64,000 bases of DNA from Narcine bancroftii (Eukaryota). A program made the position numbers and the translations under genes. The stretch spans positions 82,646,001 to 82,710,000 of the forward strand of contig NC_091480.1 in assembly GCF_036971445.1 (NCBI RefSeq), in the 5' to 3' direction. Under the pieces are notes generated by a model, which saw only the letters and a list, made by a program, of their open reading frames with translations, was not told where the DNA came from and made no database searches. Position 1 is the first letter of the stretch; each line of letters starts with the position of its first letter. Shown piece by piece: positions 36,634 through 50,420 of this stretch.

Positions 36634-37949
36634 AGGTCATAGCAAATACAAACTCCATGGATATTTGCGGTCACAGTCAAGTGGGGGAAAATAACCAAAC
36701 ATCACTGTGCCATTGCCAAAAACCAACTCTCATCTCTGCAATGTCAAACTATATCTAATCATTTCCATCACACAGACCGGCATCAAATTTTTCAAGTGTT
36801 TCAATCCATTGGTTATCCTAGTCCAAGAGTAGCAAGATCACAATAGCCAATTAGGCTCTAATTGTAAACCCCAAAGTGTGGAGATTGGTGTTTCCATGCA
36901 TTCATTCAAATTTTTGCTGTACATTCAAGCTCCCCATCTCAGTCCCAATGATTACAATTCCTAGCCATGAAGAAATGTCACTCTTTTACAATAGTCAAAA
37001 ATTTTGATAAGATGCGAGAATCAATCACCTTTTACCAAAACAAATGTACTGTACAGAACATTGTTGTGATGACCGATATAAACCTACTCAACAATCAAAA
37101 CCTTCACACCCATAACCCTCCAATTTTCTTGCATTCACAAGCCTTAGAGCCTTTTAAATGTCCCTATTGTACCAGCCTCCACCACCCCAGCAATGGATTC
37201 CAGTCACCCACTACGTTGTGTTTAAAAAAAAACTTACTCCAGATGTCTCCCCTAAAATTTGCTTCCCTCTCCAAAATCCTATGTATTTTAGAATAGTTAT
37301 ATAGGTTTTGTTAAGGCTGTAAAGATATTTCCTAGAAGAGTTCTCAGAATGAGAGAGTACAGTTACATCAATAGGCTAGACAGATTTGTTTCACTTCACA
37401 TCAGAAGTGATGGGGAGAATTGATAGATGTATTCAAAGATAAAGAGTTTGGATAGAAATGAAATGTTTTTCAATGATTGGATTACTGATAGTGTGATGAC
37501 ACAAATTTAAATGTTTATGGAAAGAGCCCAAGTCCATAAAGTAGTTGAGCAACAACAAAAAAAATCACATGCTTAGGATTGAGTACATTTAAAGTATTGA
37601 AAACTGAGAACTTGGCAAGTACTCAACAAAATAAATTGTAGGGACACGACAACAGAAGAGAAATGGAACCAAGCAGACAGACCACTTTCCAAAAGAGCCT
37701 CGCTGCAGAATCCACGCAAAATTAGTTAACAATTCAGTAAGGTCACAGTATAAGCCTTGCATATTACACATGCAACTTGCATTATTTGCTCCTGCCCCTA
37801 CTGAATTTGACTCGTGTTAAAATTCTTGGTACAGTAGAAACCCTAGTCCTTCAGAAACTGAAAACAAAACCAATATTTGCCCCAAATCCCCAAGATGGAT
37901 CAGATCTAAACATCACAAACTGGTTTAAAGTAAAAATGGAGAAATGCAT

Positions 37950-38165
37950 AGTGGTCAGCATAATACCTTTACAGCACCAGTAATCAGGACCAGAGTATGA
38001 ATCCTATCTTCTACCCATATCTGCATGGGTTTTCCCTGGGGGCTTCAGTTTCCTCCCACTGTTCAAAATGTACCAGGGGTGTAGGTTAATTGGGTGCAAA
38101 TTGGGTGACATGGACTCATGGGCCAAAATGGCCTGTTACTGTGCTGTACATCTAAATTTTTAAAA
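37950..38165 (+). mobile_element. V-domain SINE
   Basis: tctgcatgggttttccctggggg..gtttcctcccac..gggtgtaggttaattgggtg..ctcatgggccaaaatggcctgttactgtgctgta. Confidence 0.7.
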
Positions 38166-38536
38166 ATTAAAAATTGCCCTGAAACTGTTTTTTTTTTTAA
38201 ATTTTTTAAATTCTACTTAATTCCATGCCTCGAACATTTCCCAAAACCCTTCATCCCGTTAGAAATTGAGAAATTAACATTTTTGAAAATGTTATACAAG
38301 GGAATAAAATTATGCCAGAGAAACTAAAATAGTTCTCAAATATCAGTTTTTGCTTTGAAGAAAAATAATGGGAAACTGAGAAATTAGAAGAGAAAGGCAA
38401 GTTGGCAGCAATAGATTTTAGGAAAATGGTCCAGCTAAGTAAACCAAAATATTCAGTTGGTGAGGCTTTAGGTATGTTGATCTTGAACTTAGAGATTTAT
38501 CATACATGTGCCCATCTTTGGATCATCTTCATTTCT

Positions 38537-38640
38537 TTTTTTTTTATAATTTTTTTTCACACTATGAACTATATTGACCAAAATACACAAACATTTCCCT
38601 CTTGAATATACACAGTGTCATTTTCTCTCCTTTTTCCCCC
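38537..38640 (-). mobile_element. L1-like tail, same family as 33159-33296
   Basis: Reverse complement resembles the 33.2-kb tail (gagaaaatgacactgt...ggtcaatatagttcatagtgtgaaaaa). Confidence 0.65.
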
Positions 38641-40659
38641 GGAATCATCTTTCTGATGAGCGTATGTGTATATGTCTGTCTCGAGGCTTTAAATGCCAAC
38701 TCGCCTACATGTCAACCATCCACAAAAGGACAAGGTCTTCCATGGACTGGGAATCAGTAGATTCTGCAGTCTAACTGGTTTAGTTGCTCGAGACGGCAAA
38801 CTCTCACAAATAGGTCAAATCTGAAAATGTGAGAAGTATTCACCAAGTAAAATAGCATCTGGACAGAGGGGAACATTTCAGACTGATAGAAATAGAAGCC
38901 ATTTTATATCTGTACAATCAATACTACAGGTACTTCCTTGTGCCTAGCACGGTACATTAACATTCCAGTGAGATTTGAGAAGAAACCATTAATATCCAAA
39001 CTACTTCAATTGCCCATTTCCCTTTTTGAGTGAAAGCCCTTTGATTTCACATTGTCAAACAGCAACTAGCTAACTAACTACAACTGATGCCAGAGGGCTT
39101 GGAATCAATAAATTTCTGATCTATTAGTAAGAGGGAGAAAACAAATTGAAGTGCTATAAAGCCCACAGATTTGTTAGCAAAGTGAATCTGCCAAAACCAA
39201 CTTGTCTAATTTTTGTTTTATTTACACCATGGTAAGAGCAGATTCCGATCGTTTGAACCTGTTCAACCCAATTACACCCAAATTAACCTACAACCCCATA
39301 TGTTTTGAAGGGTGGGGGGAAATCTAAGCACCCAGCAAAAACCATGCAGACACAGGGAGAATGCAAAACTCCTTATATTAATTTATAAATGTCTTGCGGT
39401 GACTCAAAAACATTAAGCATGTTCTCATCACCATTAATTTGGAACCAGCAATAAAATGCAGCCTTTAAACAAGATCCCAACCAGGGACAAAAAGATAGCA
39501 AAACCTTTCTCTCAAGCCAGAATGCAAGCCAAAATCTGCTGTTTGAATTCAAGAACCAAAAGATTTGGTGTGAATTTGAAAAAACAACATTATTTTCAGA
39601 TTTGTGGCCTTGCAAGTGCTGTTGTAAGTGTTTAAAAGATAATCAACAATCAAGAATTAAGCATCCGTGGTTGCATAAAAATAATATTCAGCGCATCCAT
39701 CTTTCATCATTATTACCATGTCCATAAAGATTATAGTGTAAGTCACATTTATCCAATTTTAAAGTAACCAGACATGCAAAATTAAAGTCATGTATACAAA
39801 GAAGCAGAATTCTTTTAAGCAGTCAATTATAAACTCCACAGCAGTTTTTGATGCCAGATATGCAAGTTAAATATCGTACAAATTAGAATAGGCCACTCTG
39901 GGCCTCAGTTGTCATTTAGTCGGATTCTGGCTGATCCAATTGTAATGTGACCCCCCCACCTCCACCATCCCATCGATCAAGTATCAACCTCTGCCTTAAT
40001 AATATTCAAAAGCTCCACTTTCTCTGCACTTTTTGGAAGTATGCTACTAGACTTGTGACCAGTGGAAAGATATTGCCTCATTTAAAAAGTGACCCATTGC
40101 TCTAGACTTTCCCCACAGAAGGAAACTCCACACCAACCCTGCCCAGTCTCTTCTGGATATTGTTCACTTCAATTGTCACTTCTCATGTTAAAATATCTGA
40201 AGTTTATTTGCACTCTACGTTCATTTCCCCTAGCAATAAACATGATAGTCTTCCTAATGACTTCCTATACCTGCATACTAGAATCAGGGCAACAGATCAG
40301 TCTCATCTTAAAGTTCTCCAATCAATACTTTTCATTGTATTATATTTGCCAGATCCTTTTCTACTCCCTTACCCTATTTACAAGGTGTCAAACTTGCCAA
40401 TCTTTGTGTCAAAGAAGTTAGCTTTCGTACTTTTGCTGCCTTCAATTTCATTTACATCATTTTATTTTTTAAGTGTTGATGCTCCAACACATCATTTGTA
40501 ATATCTAGGCAACCAGAAAAATAACTAAGGTGAGGGGAAATAAAAATTGATTAATGTCAAAAGAATCCAGATAGAAAAATAAAACTCAACGACAATTGGA
40601 GATCTGGATGAATCATGAACACAACTCATTTGGATACAAAACATTTCCTAATCAGGAAT

Positions 40660-41330
40660 GGAAAAACCAGAGGTGTTCGATTCAGTGATCATTGGGGGAA
40701 ATCAGAGATGAAGAGGGTGAGCAAATTTAAGTTCCTCAGAGGATCTTTCCTGGACCCAACACAGTAATGCCATTGAGAAGAAATCACGTCAGCATCTCTA
40801 CTTCCTCAGGAGTTTACAGAGGTTTGGTAACATTGGAAACCCTGGCAAATTTCTACAGATGTGTGATGGAAAGTGCTGACTGACTGCATCTGGTATGGGG
40901 ACATCAAAAGCCCTGAGCAGAAAGCCCTGCTAATGGACACAGCTCAGGACAACACAGGCAAAACCCTACCCATCACCAAGAACATCAGAGAGCAGCAGCA
41001 ATCATCAAGGATCCACATTACCCAGCACATGCTCTATTCCTGCTGCTACCAACAGGAAAGAGGTATAGCTGCCAAAAGACTTACCCCTCCACCATCAGAC
41101 TCCTCAATAACAAACTCAATCAGGGATTTATTTAAGGACCCTTACTTTTGCACTTTATTGATTTTTTTTCTTCTTTGTATTGCAGTTTGTTTACATTTAT
41201 TTATATGTGTACCTTGAATACATTTTTTTTTGCACTGCCTAAGTGCTACCTAATTCTGCCTTGCCCTCATGAGAAATAATCTCAGGGTTGTAAGTGATTC
41301 ACGTATGTACGCTGATAAATCTGAAGTTGA
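40660..41330 (+). mobile_element. Rex1/Babar-like LINE 3' end
   Basis: RQHLYFLRSLQRFG motif. Homologous to 58080-58815. Confidence 0.75.
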
Positions 41331-42459
41331 AGCCACACATTTAAAGAGGGAAAGAAGCTGAGGAAAAGGCCCAGAGATGATAGATGGTCCAAGAGGTGGA
41401 GAGACGAGGGAGAAAGCAGTGAGGGGTGGTGGGGGAAGAAGGAGTGAAAGTTAGAAAAAGTACAGGTGTTATAAGAGATAGAAACAGTGGAACAGTTGGG
41501 GGGAGGGGCATAAAATTAATGATTGTACTTTTCATTTTAAGGATGCCCAGAAGGAATATAATGTGTCATTTTTCAAGTTCATATTTGTCTGCTGAAGATT
41601 CTTTGTTTATATTTGTCTGCTCCATATTTCAGCATCTGTAAATTTTCAATTTATTTTTATTGGAAATGGGTTTGGCAGCATTTGCCAGTTCTGGTGAGAA
41701 TTCTGATGAGTACTTCCCTTGAAACCTGAACTATTTCTTCTACAAATACTGCCTCTCCTACTTGGTGCTTCCAGCATTTGTTATTTCAGATATTTAGCAT
41801 CTGCAGTTATCATTTCTGACTCAACACATTTTTAAAACTTGTCACAAGCCCAAAACAAAATCCCAGCAGACCAAAGTATCCTGCATATTTAAGATAAACA
41901 ATTCAGTTAAACAAGAATCACATTCCGTCCTGCCTTTGAGCTATATCTGGTACATGCTCAGCATTTCAACTTCCTTGTATGCCATAGGAAATTACAAAAA
42001 AAGTCCATTTTAGTCAATCACTTTAAGATCATAACAGGTAACACCCCTAAAACCAATTTAACAGAACAAAGAAACCAAGTGCACATACATTTGGATGAAT
42101 CATGGATAGTTTCTATTCCCATCAGATTGGAAAACATTTTGGGGAAATTAAAGGGATGACAGATCAAACTTGACAAAAGAAAATCCATGATAAAAAAGAT
42201 GATTCACAAGATGAACTGTTGAAAATTCACTCTCCAGTTTTAAGATGTCACCAACCCTAATGTCATTCAAATTATTTTCATTTCCAGAATTGCATTGCTG
42301 AATTATCAACTGCTCCCAAGACTGGAAAACCCTGTCAAAATACAAAACAACTTTGCAAATAAATGCAAAAATATTTTAGATGAAATGCCCAGTCGGAATA
42401 AAACACTTTAATTTTTGCAATCATTCATCTTTTATTTGAATGATTTTATTCAAGAATTG

Positions 42460-43010
42460 TTCACTTGGATTTCCAGAAGGTGTTCGATAAGGAACCACTT
42501 AAAAGACTTGTACACAAGTCTTTTACACATAGAGTTGGAGGGGTGATGCACTAGCAAGGATAGATGAGAGGTTAACCAATAGAAAGCAGAGATTTGGGAT
42601 ACAGGGGTGATTTTCCTGGTTGGCAGTGGTGAGCGGAGTGCTACAAGGGTCGGTGCTGGGCCAGCAATTGTTCACAAACGATCTGGAAGCAAGGATAGAG
42701 TGTAGTATTTCTAAGTTTGCTGATGACGCCAAATTGAGTGGAAAAGCAAATTATGCCGAGGATATGGAGAGTCTGCAGAGAGATATGGATACGTTAAGTG
42801 AGCGGGCAAGGGTCTGGCAGATGGAGCACAATGTTGGCAAATGTGGGCTTAACAACTTTGGAAGCAAAAAAAATGGGAAAAATTAGATTATTTAAATATC
42901 AAGCAATTGCAGCAAGCTGCCATGCAGTAGGACTCAGGAGTGCTTGTGCATGAATCACAGAAGGTCGTTTGCAGGTACAGTAGCCTTTCAAGCAGACAAA
43001 TGGAACGTTG
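42460..43010 (+). mobile_element. CR1-like RT fragment
   Basis: LDFQKVFDK, VVSGVLQGSVLGQQLF, SKFADDAKL. Confidence 0.85.
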
Positions 43011-45558
43011 ATCATACATCTCAAACAACTGAGCTACAACAAAGCAATATTAGCAATTACATTAAGAAAAAAAAAAATCACATCACAGGAAACAGCCATC
43101 TGGGTCTTTAACCTTTAAATTTGTCATTCTCAGCTCAATTCCTGTATCCCTTACACATTTCCGTTTAAACTCTACATGCCATGTACTTTTGAAAGTTAAT
43201 TCCAAATCTCCTTCCACCATCTATTCCAACAATGAATTCTAAGTCTTGTTACTCTGCCTGAGAAAATTCTTGCACGATTTTTAGATCCAACATTTCTCCT
43301 CTGATGACTGAAACTTGGTAATTTTAAGTTTTACCTGATTTATCAAATATAACTGAATTTAATCCAGACACCCCTGCCCCCCCCCCCCCCGCATCTCTCC
43401 TTAATCTTCTCAGTTTTAAGCAAAATAATTTAACTTATTATCTTCCACAGTCAACATCAATTATCATTTGAATCACTTTGAAATGAAAATAGGACTGCCA
43501 TTTCAATCAGTTTCTCTTTGGTGTTATACAGTGAGAAATTTGTTATCTGTACCCAGAATTGAGATGTTTTACACGAGATGATTTCTATTTGTTGATCAAA
43601 GGATTACTTCCTGCATCTTACAAAACAATGTTACTATATGACTATGACAAAGCCAAATGAAAATAATTCATCTTTGCCATTTGTTTAATTCAGCTTGTGA
43701 ATAAAACAAAATGCAAATGTAACATTTTGTCAAATATTTTATTTGGTCAAGAATAAATCTGCTTTCATGCTTTTCCTGCAGTCAAGAGGTATACAGTACT
43801 TTTGCTAATGAATAAACCCTTTGGACTCCAGCCATTTTTAACCTTTCATAATATACACTCTGACTGGGTCCATGGGTAAACTACAGTACAAACCAGCTGG
43901 TGGTTGGGTATGAAACCGTCTCAGAAAATGGGGACACGGTGTATACGAGCTCATTGGTAGTCCCTGATCAATAGGGACACCGAGTCAAAAGTGTTAAAGC
44001 TAATAAAATACAAGCAATTATAGTGACAAATAGGAAGCTGAGTGATGGTGAAGGTGTCATCTTATGGCAATGCACTTGCCACACACTCATTGTCTGCAGA
44101 TTTTAGCCTAACCATTAATACTTTCACATTATAATAGTCATACAAAATTACTTGCTCATTCCCATATACACTTTAAAGAACTTTAAAGTAAAAAAGCCTG
44201 TAGATAATGGAAAAAAAGTCAGAATAAACACAAAACACCCAGGTCTAGTAGCATCTCTGGAAATAAAAATAATTGGTATTTCAGTACAAAAAAAGTCTTT
44301 GTTTTTTCCTTCAGCAGAATTTATTGATTTGAAAGATAGGTAATTATTTAATTCAAAATCTGAGATTATAGAACTTTAATGAATTAAAAGGAATTGACAG
44401 TCATGAAGCAAACATTTTATCAATTAGTCTGTCATCTTATCCTGCATCATCATCCTGTAGAGTACCAAAATCAATGTTAACTACAATAGGCTGCCTGGTC
44501 TCTTCTGACTGTCTCATACACCACTTAACATCACACTTCCCGTTTTTATTTCATTTTGTAGGTTAAGAATTGTGGAATAGCAAGTCCCTTCACTCAAATC
44601 GAAGTACAAAAACCCTGCTTGTGCAGAAATGTGCAATTGCATAATTGTTTGATTTGATTAGGTGCAGGAAAAGGCAACTAAGTTTTAGAAAGTGTGTATC
44701 TACTTCTTTAAATAACCTCAAATTTTACTACACTTTGAATTCCTAAAACAAATGTATAATTATAGTGATTTTACATCAATATTCTGCACATAAACAAAAG
44801 ACACAAACAACCTTCACTGATCAAGTTACCTCAATAAATGGCTCAAGACCAATTCATCACAGGGTATTTTAAAACATCTTGGCAAAAACACTCCAGCACC
44901 AACTTGAATGCACAGGATGTAAAAGTCGAAGAGTTTTCATGCATTGCAAAGAACTGATATTTTTGGAAAAATACTGAAGACAGAGAAAAGAAAGTTAATA
45001 GAGCCACAGAGAAAGCAGATTCCGAGAGGCAAACGAACTCGACTGGATTTGAGGTGCAGGAATAAATTGAAAACTGGAAAAAAAAGAGGAAGAGAGAGTT
45101 GATAACTGAACGAGAGAGATTTGTTCCAACCAGAAATAAAATAGTTTACACCTGGAGGTTAAACTTTCGAACCGTGTTCAAAACTGTTTCACAATAAACT
45201 TTTGTAAAAAAATCAGCTGACTCAGAGCAGAAACATCCAGGGCTCCTTCCAAATGTTGTTTACATGCGAGCTTCCTAAAAATAATGGAGCTGAAGATATC
45301 CAGCGTCATGGTAAAAACCAGGAACAAGGCACCATGACCACGCAGGTTGGACACAGACCCTTGCACCAGTGTCATTGAAACCTGGCTCCACCGTGAAGTT
45401 TCTTGCCAACATTTTGGGGCGGAGGAGGCCATGAAATCCCCTTTCACCTCGGTTCCTGGGGTGGAAATGCCCGGTGTTGCTGCCACTTGGCCCCAGCCAC
45501 AACACAGAGAGCATTTCCTCCCTCAAACGAGCCACCAACCCAACTAACAGATACTCAC

Positions 45559-45730
45559 GCGACGACAACAGGGCAACAACGTCGCCCTCGCCCACTCGTA
45601 TCTCACTCCAATTCCCAGCTTCAGGATTTATATTTATTCTACCCAAAAAAATAACTCCAGGCCCGACTCTCAACCTCCACTTCCGCCTTTCCGCTTTCAC
45701 ATTGCCGACCCGCCCATTCCTCCTCCGGAA
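45559..45730 (-). other. RAB5C: RAB5C non-coding exon 1 (start site uncertain)
   Basis: Strong donor CGC|GTGAGTAT at 45559/45558 inside the CpG-rich island upstream of the coding exons. Implies a ~16-kb intron 1 (29598-45558). Confidence 0.75.
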
Positions 45731-45965
45731 GCGACGCGTGAGGGTGGGAACATCTCTCCGATTGACAGGGCCGTTCACCCAATCGGAGATACGAACACCG
45801 CGCCAGCCGTCGGGTGACACGAGCTGACCAATTGCAAAGGCGCCAAGCGAAAGAAGGGACCAATCGCCGCGAGGAATGCCCTTTCCCGGCAGCTGTAGTC
45901 CGAGGCAGGCCACTTCATCTGGTTGGGGTTGAGGAGCGACTACAATTCCCAGAAGGCCTTGCGGA
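45670..45965 (-). promoter_or_regulatory. RAB5C CpG-island housekeeping promoter
   Basis: ETS-type CGGAAG motifs (~45680, ~45725), CCAAT at 45779, 45828 and 45860, ACTACAATTCCCAGAAGGC (ZNF143/THAP11-type) at 45939-45957 and an opposite-strand ACTACA at 45894-45899. No TATA. Confidence 0.8.
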
Positions 45966-46269
45966 GGCAGCGTATTGTCTTCAAGGTTGATGAGCAGGTT
46001 ACCCTGAGGAATTGGGTTATCATGTCCCAGGAATTCAGAGTAGGAGAATTATCTTTTGGACACCAAAATAATCACATTTCCGTCTTATGACATTTTCAAT
46101 GAGGTACTTTGCAAACTTCTCCACCTTATTTATTGGGGGTGAATCTCAATTTAGTTTGTGAATATTCATTTTGGTGAGTATCACTATCGAAGTTTTCTGT
46201 TTTAAACAGTTTTTTGTTTCACTGGTTTACTCTTAATATTATTCTGAAATCTTGGAAATCAGGAGAACA

Positions 46270-46618
46270 CGAACCAGTCCTCAGCGAGGGCTCAGTAGTG
46301 GAGAGAGTCAAGAATTTCAAATTCCTGGGTGTCAGCATCTCCGAGCATCTGCCCTGGTGCTTCATGTAGATGCAATCACAAGGCTATACATTGTGAGGAG
46401 TTTTGGTACGTCACTGCAGTCTCTCAAAACCTATGCAGGTGTACCGTGGAGAGCATTCTGGCTGGTTGTATCACTCTTTGATCCGGGGGTGCCAACACTC
46501 AGGACAGGGAAAAAAAAACAGAAAATTGTTAACTCGGCCTGTGACATTATTGGCATCAGTCTTCACTCCAACGAGAGCATTGACAAGAGACAGTGTCTTA
46601 GGGAAGCAGCATCTATTC
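46270..46618 (+). mobile_element. Rex1/Babar-like LINE fragment
   Basis: Homologous to 17810-17930 and 58130-58450. Confidence 0.65.
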
Positions 46619-46924
46619 CAGTGATTCTCAACCTTTTTCTTTCCATTCACATACCACTTTAAGTATTCTCTATGCCATAGGTGCTCTGTGATTAGTAAGG
46701 GATTGCTTCAGGGGTATGTGGGTGGAAAGAAAAAGTATGAAAACTACTGTTTTAATTGTACCTAATTGACTCGTTATGTGCACGGTTTCATAACTCCAAA
46801 GGAAATGGGCCAATGACAATTTTTCTCAAGCAAAATATTCCAGTTACAATTGGGTCCAGAGCTGTGGTTCTCAACCTTCCCTTCCCACTCACATATCACC
46901 TGCAGCAATAGAAGAGAGTGAAAC

Positions 46925-47580
46925 AGAAACATCTGCAGATGCTGTCATTGTAGTAAAAATACACCAAAGTGCTGGAGGAATTCAGCAGATACCTTGCTGA
47001 CTTTTCAGGCTCGAGCCCTTCTTCAAGGAATAAGCAAAGAATTAGAAAAAAACAGGAAATCTCAGAATACATTCAGTGCTGGCTGGGGGAGGAATCCAGA
47101 CCAAGAAAAGGATATGATAAGGGGAGAGGCAAGAATTGATTTTGTCTGTGTGAAAGGAAAGACAGGGAAAAAAGGGAGAGAGACAGAGCTGGGGAAAGCG
47201 ATGGGAGGTGGTGGGAGTGGGAAGAAGTTGGTGGGGAGGTTTATCAAAAGCCGGAGAAGTTGATATTAATGCCATCTGGTTGGAGGGTGCCCAAACTGAA
47301 GATGAGGTGGTGTTCCTCCAATTTGTGAGTGGTCTCAGTCTGGCAGAGCATGAGACCATGGACAGACAAGTCAGCAAGGGAATGGGATGGGGAATTGAAA
47401 TAGATGGTCTCTGGGAGATCCCTGCTATTGCAGCAGACAGAACCGAGGTGCCCACAAAGCAATTTCCCAATCTGTGCCCAGTCGCTCCAATGTAGAGGAG
47501 ACCACCAGAGGAAACTCTGTCATTTCACAAGTGATTCACTTGAAAGGACTGTTTGGGGCCCCGAATGGTAGTGAGAGAGA
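46925..47580 (-). mobile_element. Penelope-like element 3' part
   Basis: HGLMLCQTETTHKLEEHHLIFSLGTLQPDGININFS is a PLE GIY-YIG C-terminus, followed by the terminal repeat. Confidence 0.8.
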
Positions 47581-47584
47581 GTAT

Positions 47585-48060
47585 CCAATAGAAGACAAAG
47601 ATCTTGTTGGATTCTTCCATTAGCAAGGCATTGCAATCATTTGGCAGAATGCCTCATCACCAGAACTCTCAGACAATCACAAGGACTTTGCTTGGGTGGT
47701 GGTGAAAAGGGCCCTCCCCTTCAGATCCTTCATCCACTCAATCCATGAAATCCACCCTCAAGGAGACTCTAAGAAGACTGGGAAAAGGATGCAGTGTTTT
47801 TTGTCAAGAATCACCCGAGCAGCTGTGTAAAACAGGACTCTGTGCTGTATGATTTGTTCCTGCGGATGTATATTGAGACAAACATTGACTCATTGAAAGA
47901 CATATTTTGGTCTTCCCAAAATGTGCTGGTCTTCCAATACATGGAGATATCCACAAATGAATGTTCCCATTTGCACATTCCATTATGCTGTAGTAACTAC
48001 TTGATGTAGTTTGGTGCAGCCACTGAAAGGGCTCTGGGGGAATATCCATTGTTTAGGTCC
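47585..48060 (+). mobile_element. Tx1/L1-like LINE ORF2 3' remnant
   Basis: WQNASSPELSDNHKDFAWVVVKRALP at ~47642 recalls Tx1-type C-terminal regions (from memory, not searched). Confidence 0.45.
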
Positions 48061-50420
48061 TGCTGCCACTGACCATTGAATGTCAGCACCCCCTATGCCT
48101 TCCTCTCACTGATGCAATGTTTGGAAAGGAAATGTTAGTGGCATTGACATATTGTAGGGGCATATATTGAATTGATTGGTTCAATAGCTCTAGACAATGG
48201 CATGGCTCGTTCCTCAGATCATACTAGTCAACAAGTGTGGAAGGTCAGTAATGCCCAGTTGGACAATGGTCAAGGGAACAAAACTGAGTGCAATGCATTA
48301 TGTATATTTCTGCTTTTTATTTAAGTATCCTTTAGACTTAGTTCTTACTTGCCCCGTTACCCCTTGGTCATTCTGCCATCACACTCTTAAATGAAACTCA
48401 CCCTGAGAAAAGATGATACCTTTTGTCCCGTTTTCTATACCTTCTTCTGGGCTTTTCTCAATACCCTGCATGATTTGATGTGCTGCTCCATCTGTTGTTT
48501 TATTTATTAACTTCTTTATTATTATTATTTCAGTACCTGCACTGTATCTCAGTGCATGAGACAATTAATTTCTGACAGATCTTCCCTTTCCTCTTTTTCT
48601 GAATCCCAAAACTTATTTTTCTCTAACTTTTCTCAGTTGCTATGAAAATTCATTGACATCCTGCATTAATTCCCTTTCTGGCCTGCTAATTATATCAAGC
48701 ATTTTGTTTTTTTGTTATTTACTGTTCTTGGGAGCTTGTTATGCGCAAGTTCATATACTCTTCACCTTGTATTACAACGTGCATCATACATTAAAGACAC
48801 CTTTGGTTGGAAAGTATTTTGGGATACATGAGAATCGGAAAGGTATTTTGTTTTGCCTGAATGAGTTCATTGTTCAGAGTTTCTGCTTCAAACTGAAACA
48901 TTATGTGCAGGATCAGTCATGCCACATATTTTATGTGACAGGGTGTCATACAGCACAGATGCAGACTCGACAGCCAACCATCTTTACTAATCCCATTGAC
49001 CAGCAGTTGGCCTGAGGTGCAGTGGATGCTGAACCTGAAGTAATTAACCTGTGACAATCAGCTTTTATTCAGAAACAAAAGAAAACAAAATTCACATAAA
49101 ATGAAAATATAATTGAAGTACTACTCATTCTATGTAGCTGTTTTGAGAAAATAGTTATCTTTTTAAATTTTCTAGAGCCAACAGGAAAGATACAGATGAA
49201 TGCTGACTGTCAATTTCTGTCAGGAGTATTGAAGGTAGTAGCTAATGGGACAAATGTGAAACCAGCTTTCAATCCATAGCGACGTGAGAATCATAAAGGT
49301 GTTTGTGGTAAACCACTGTTATACTGTGATTGGCTACTGCCAGCTGGTCACAGCTTCTGAGACCGATCCTACCCATTACCCCTGTGCATACTCCCCACTC
49401 TTCCTGCCATGATCAGTCGATGAGGTTGGTTGCTGCTCCAGTCTATAGTCAATAAAAGCTGGTCAGTTTCACAACCTCAGTCTTTTGTGGTAATTGATGG
49501 TGCATCAATTTTATTGATCATATTTTTCAAAGAAAATAGAAAAATACCTGAAACCCAAGAGACTCGTCATAGACCCTCGATCATCTGATGCCCTGAACAC
49601 GTTCGAAATCTGACTATGTTGCTTTGAGAACTTCCTGATGGCAACCGTGAATGCTGTTAACAGGAATGAGGACAGACTGAAACTCCTTTTCTCACAAGTC
49701 AGACCCTTGATCAATCATATGTGAAGGCCATGGGTACATTGAAGGTCCAGTATTGCAGAAGAATGAATGAGGTCTACACAAGACATATCCAGGCCACCAG
49801 AAAGTAGTGATCCGGTGAGTCGAGTGCCAAGTACCTATGGGGCCTTTGGGCCCTCTACAGAGGGTGCGACTACAAAGCCGTGATGGCTACCCAGAACACA
49901 GAGGACCTCATCGGGACCCCTATGTGGCCGGCATCTGGACCGGATACATCATACAGCAATTCCTGGAGCACAAGGTTCTTTACCTGCAAAGGGCGGTTGA
50001 ATTAACAGAGACACTGGAGGTGGCCCTCCAAAATTTGGACAACTACTTGGCCTCCAAATGCACCTCAATTTTGGGATGGGGTTCCATCTCGTGCCATGAT
50101 CAAATGGTTGTAGGCATCATCGCACCCTCTAACAACCTGACCTTGTGCTACTTCTGTGGGCAGGGCAAGGATCCAAGGAAATGCTGCCCTGCCAAGAAGG
50201 GGACATTATGCAAAGATTTGCTAGTCTAACCTGCCCGTGAAACCTAGCAGCGCCGCATGCTGACAGCCGTCAACCCAGACAGCACAATTAGCACCATCCC
50301 CTCTGTGGACTAGGGCCACGTGCGAGCCGTGGGGGTCGCCATTTTGGCCCACGTGGCTGGGGCCATCTTCTTGGGCCGGCAGCATAGAGGGGGATCAATG
50401 AAAGCAGCCATCTTGGGAAC

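Noticed and set aside
45275-45913. 212-aa ORF across the RAB5C promoter
   Set aside because: Non-ATG start in a CpG island. It crosses the exon 1 donor and has no recognisable domain.
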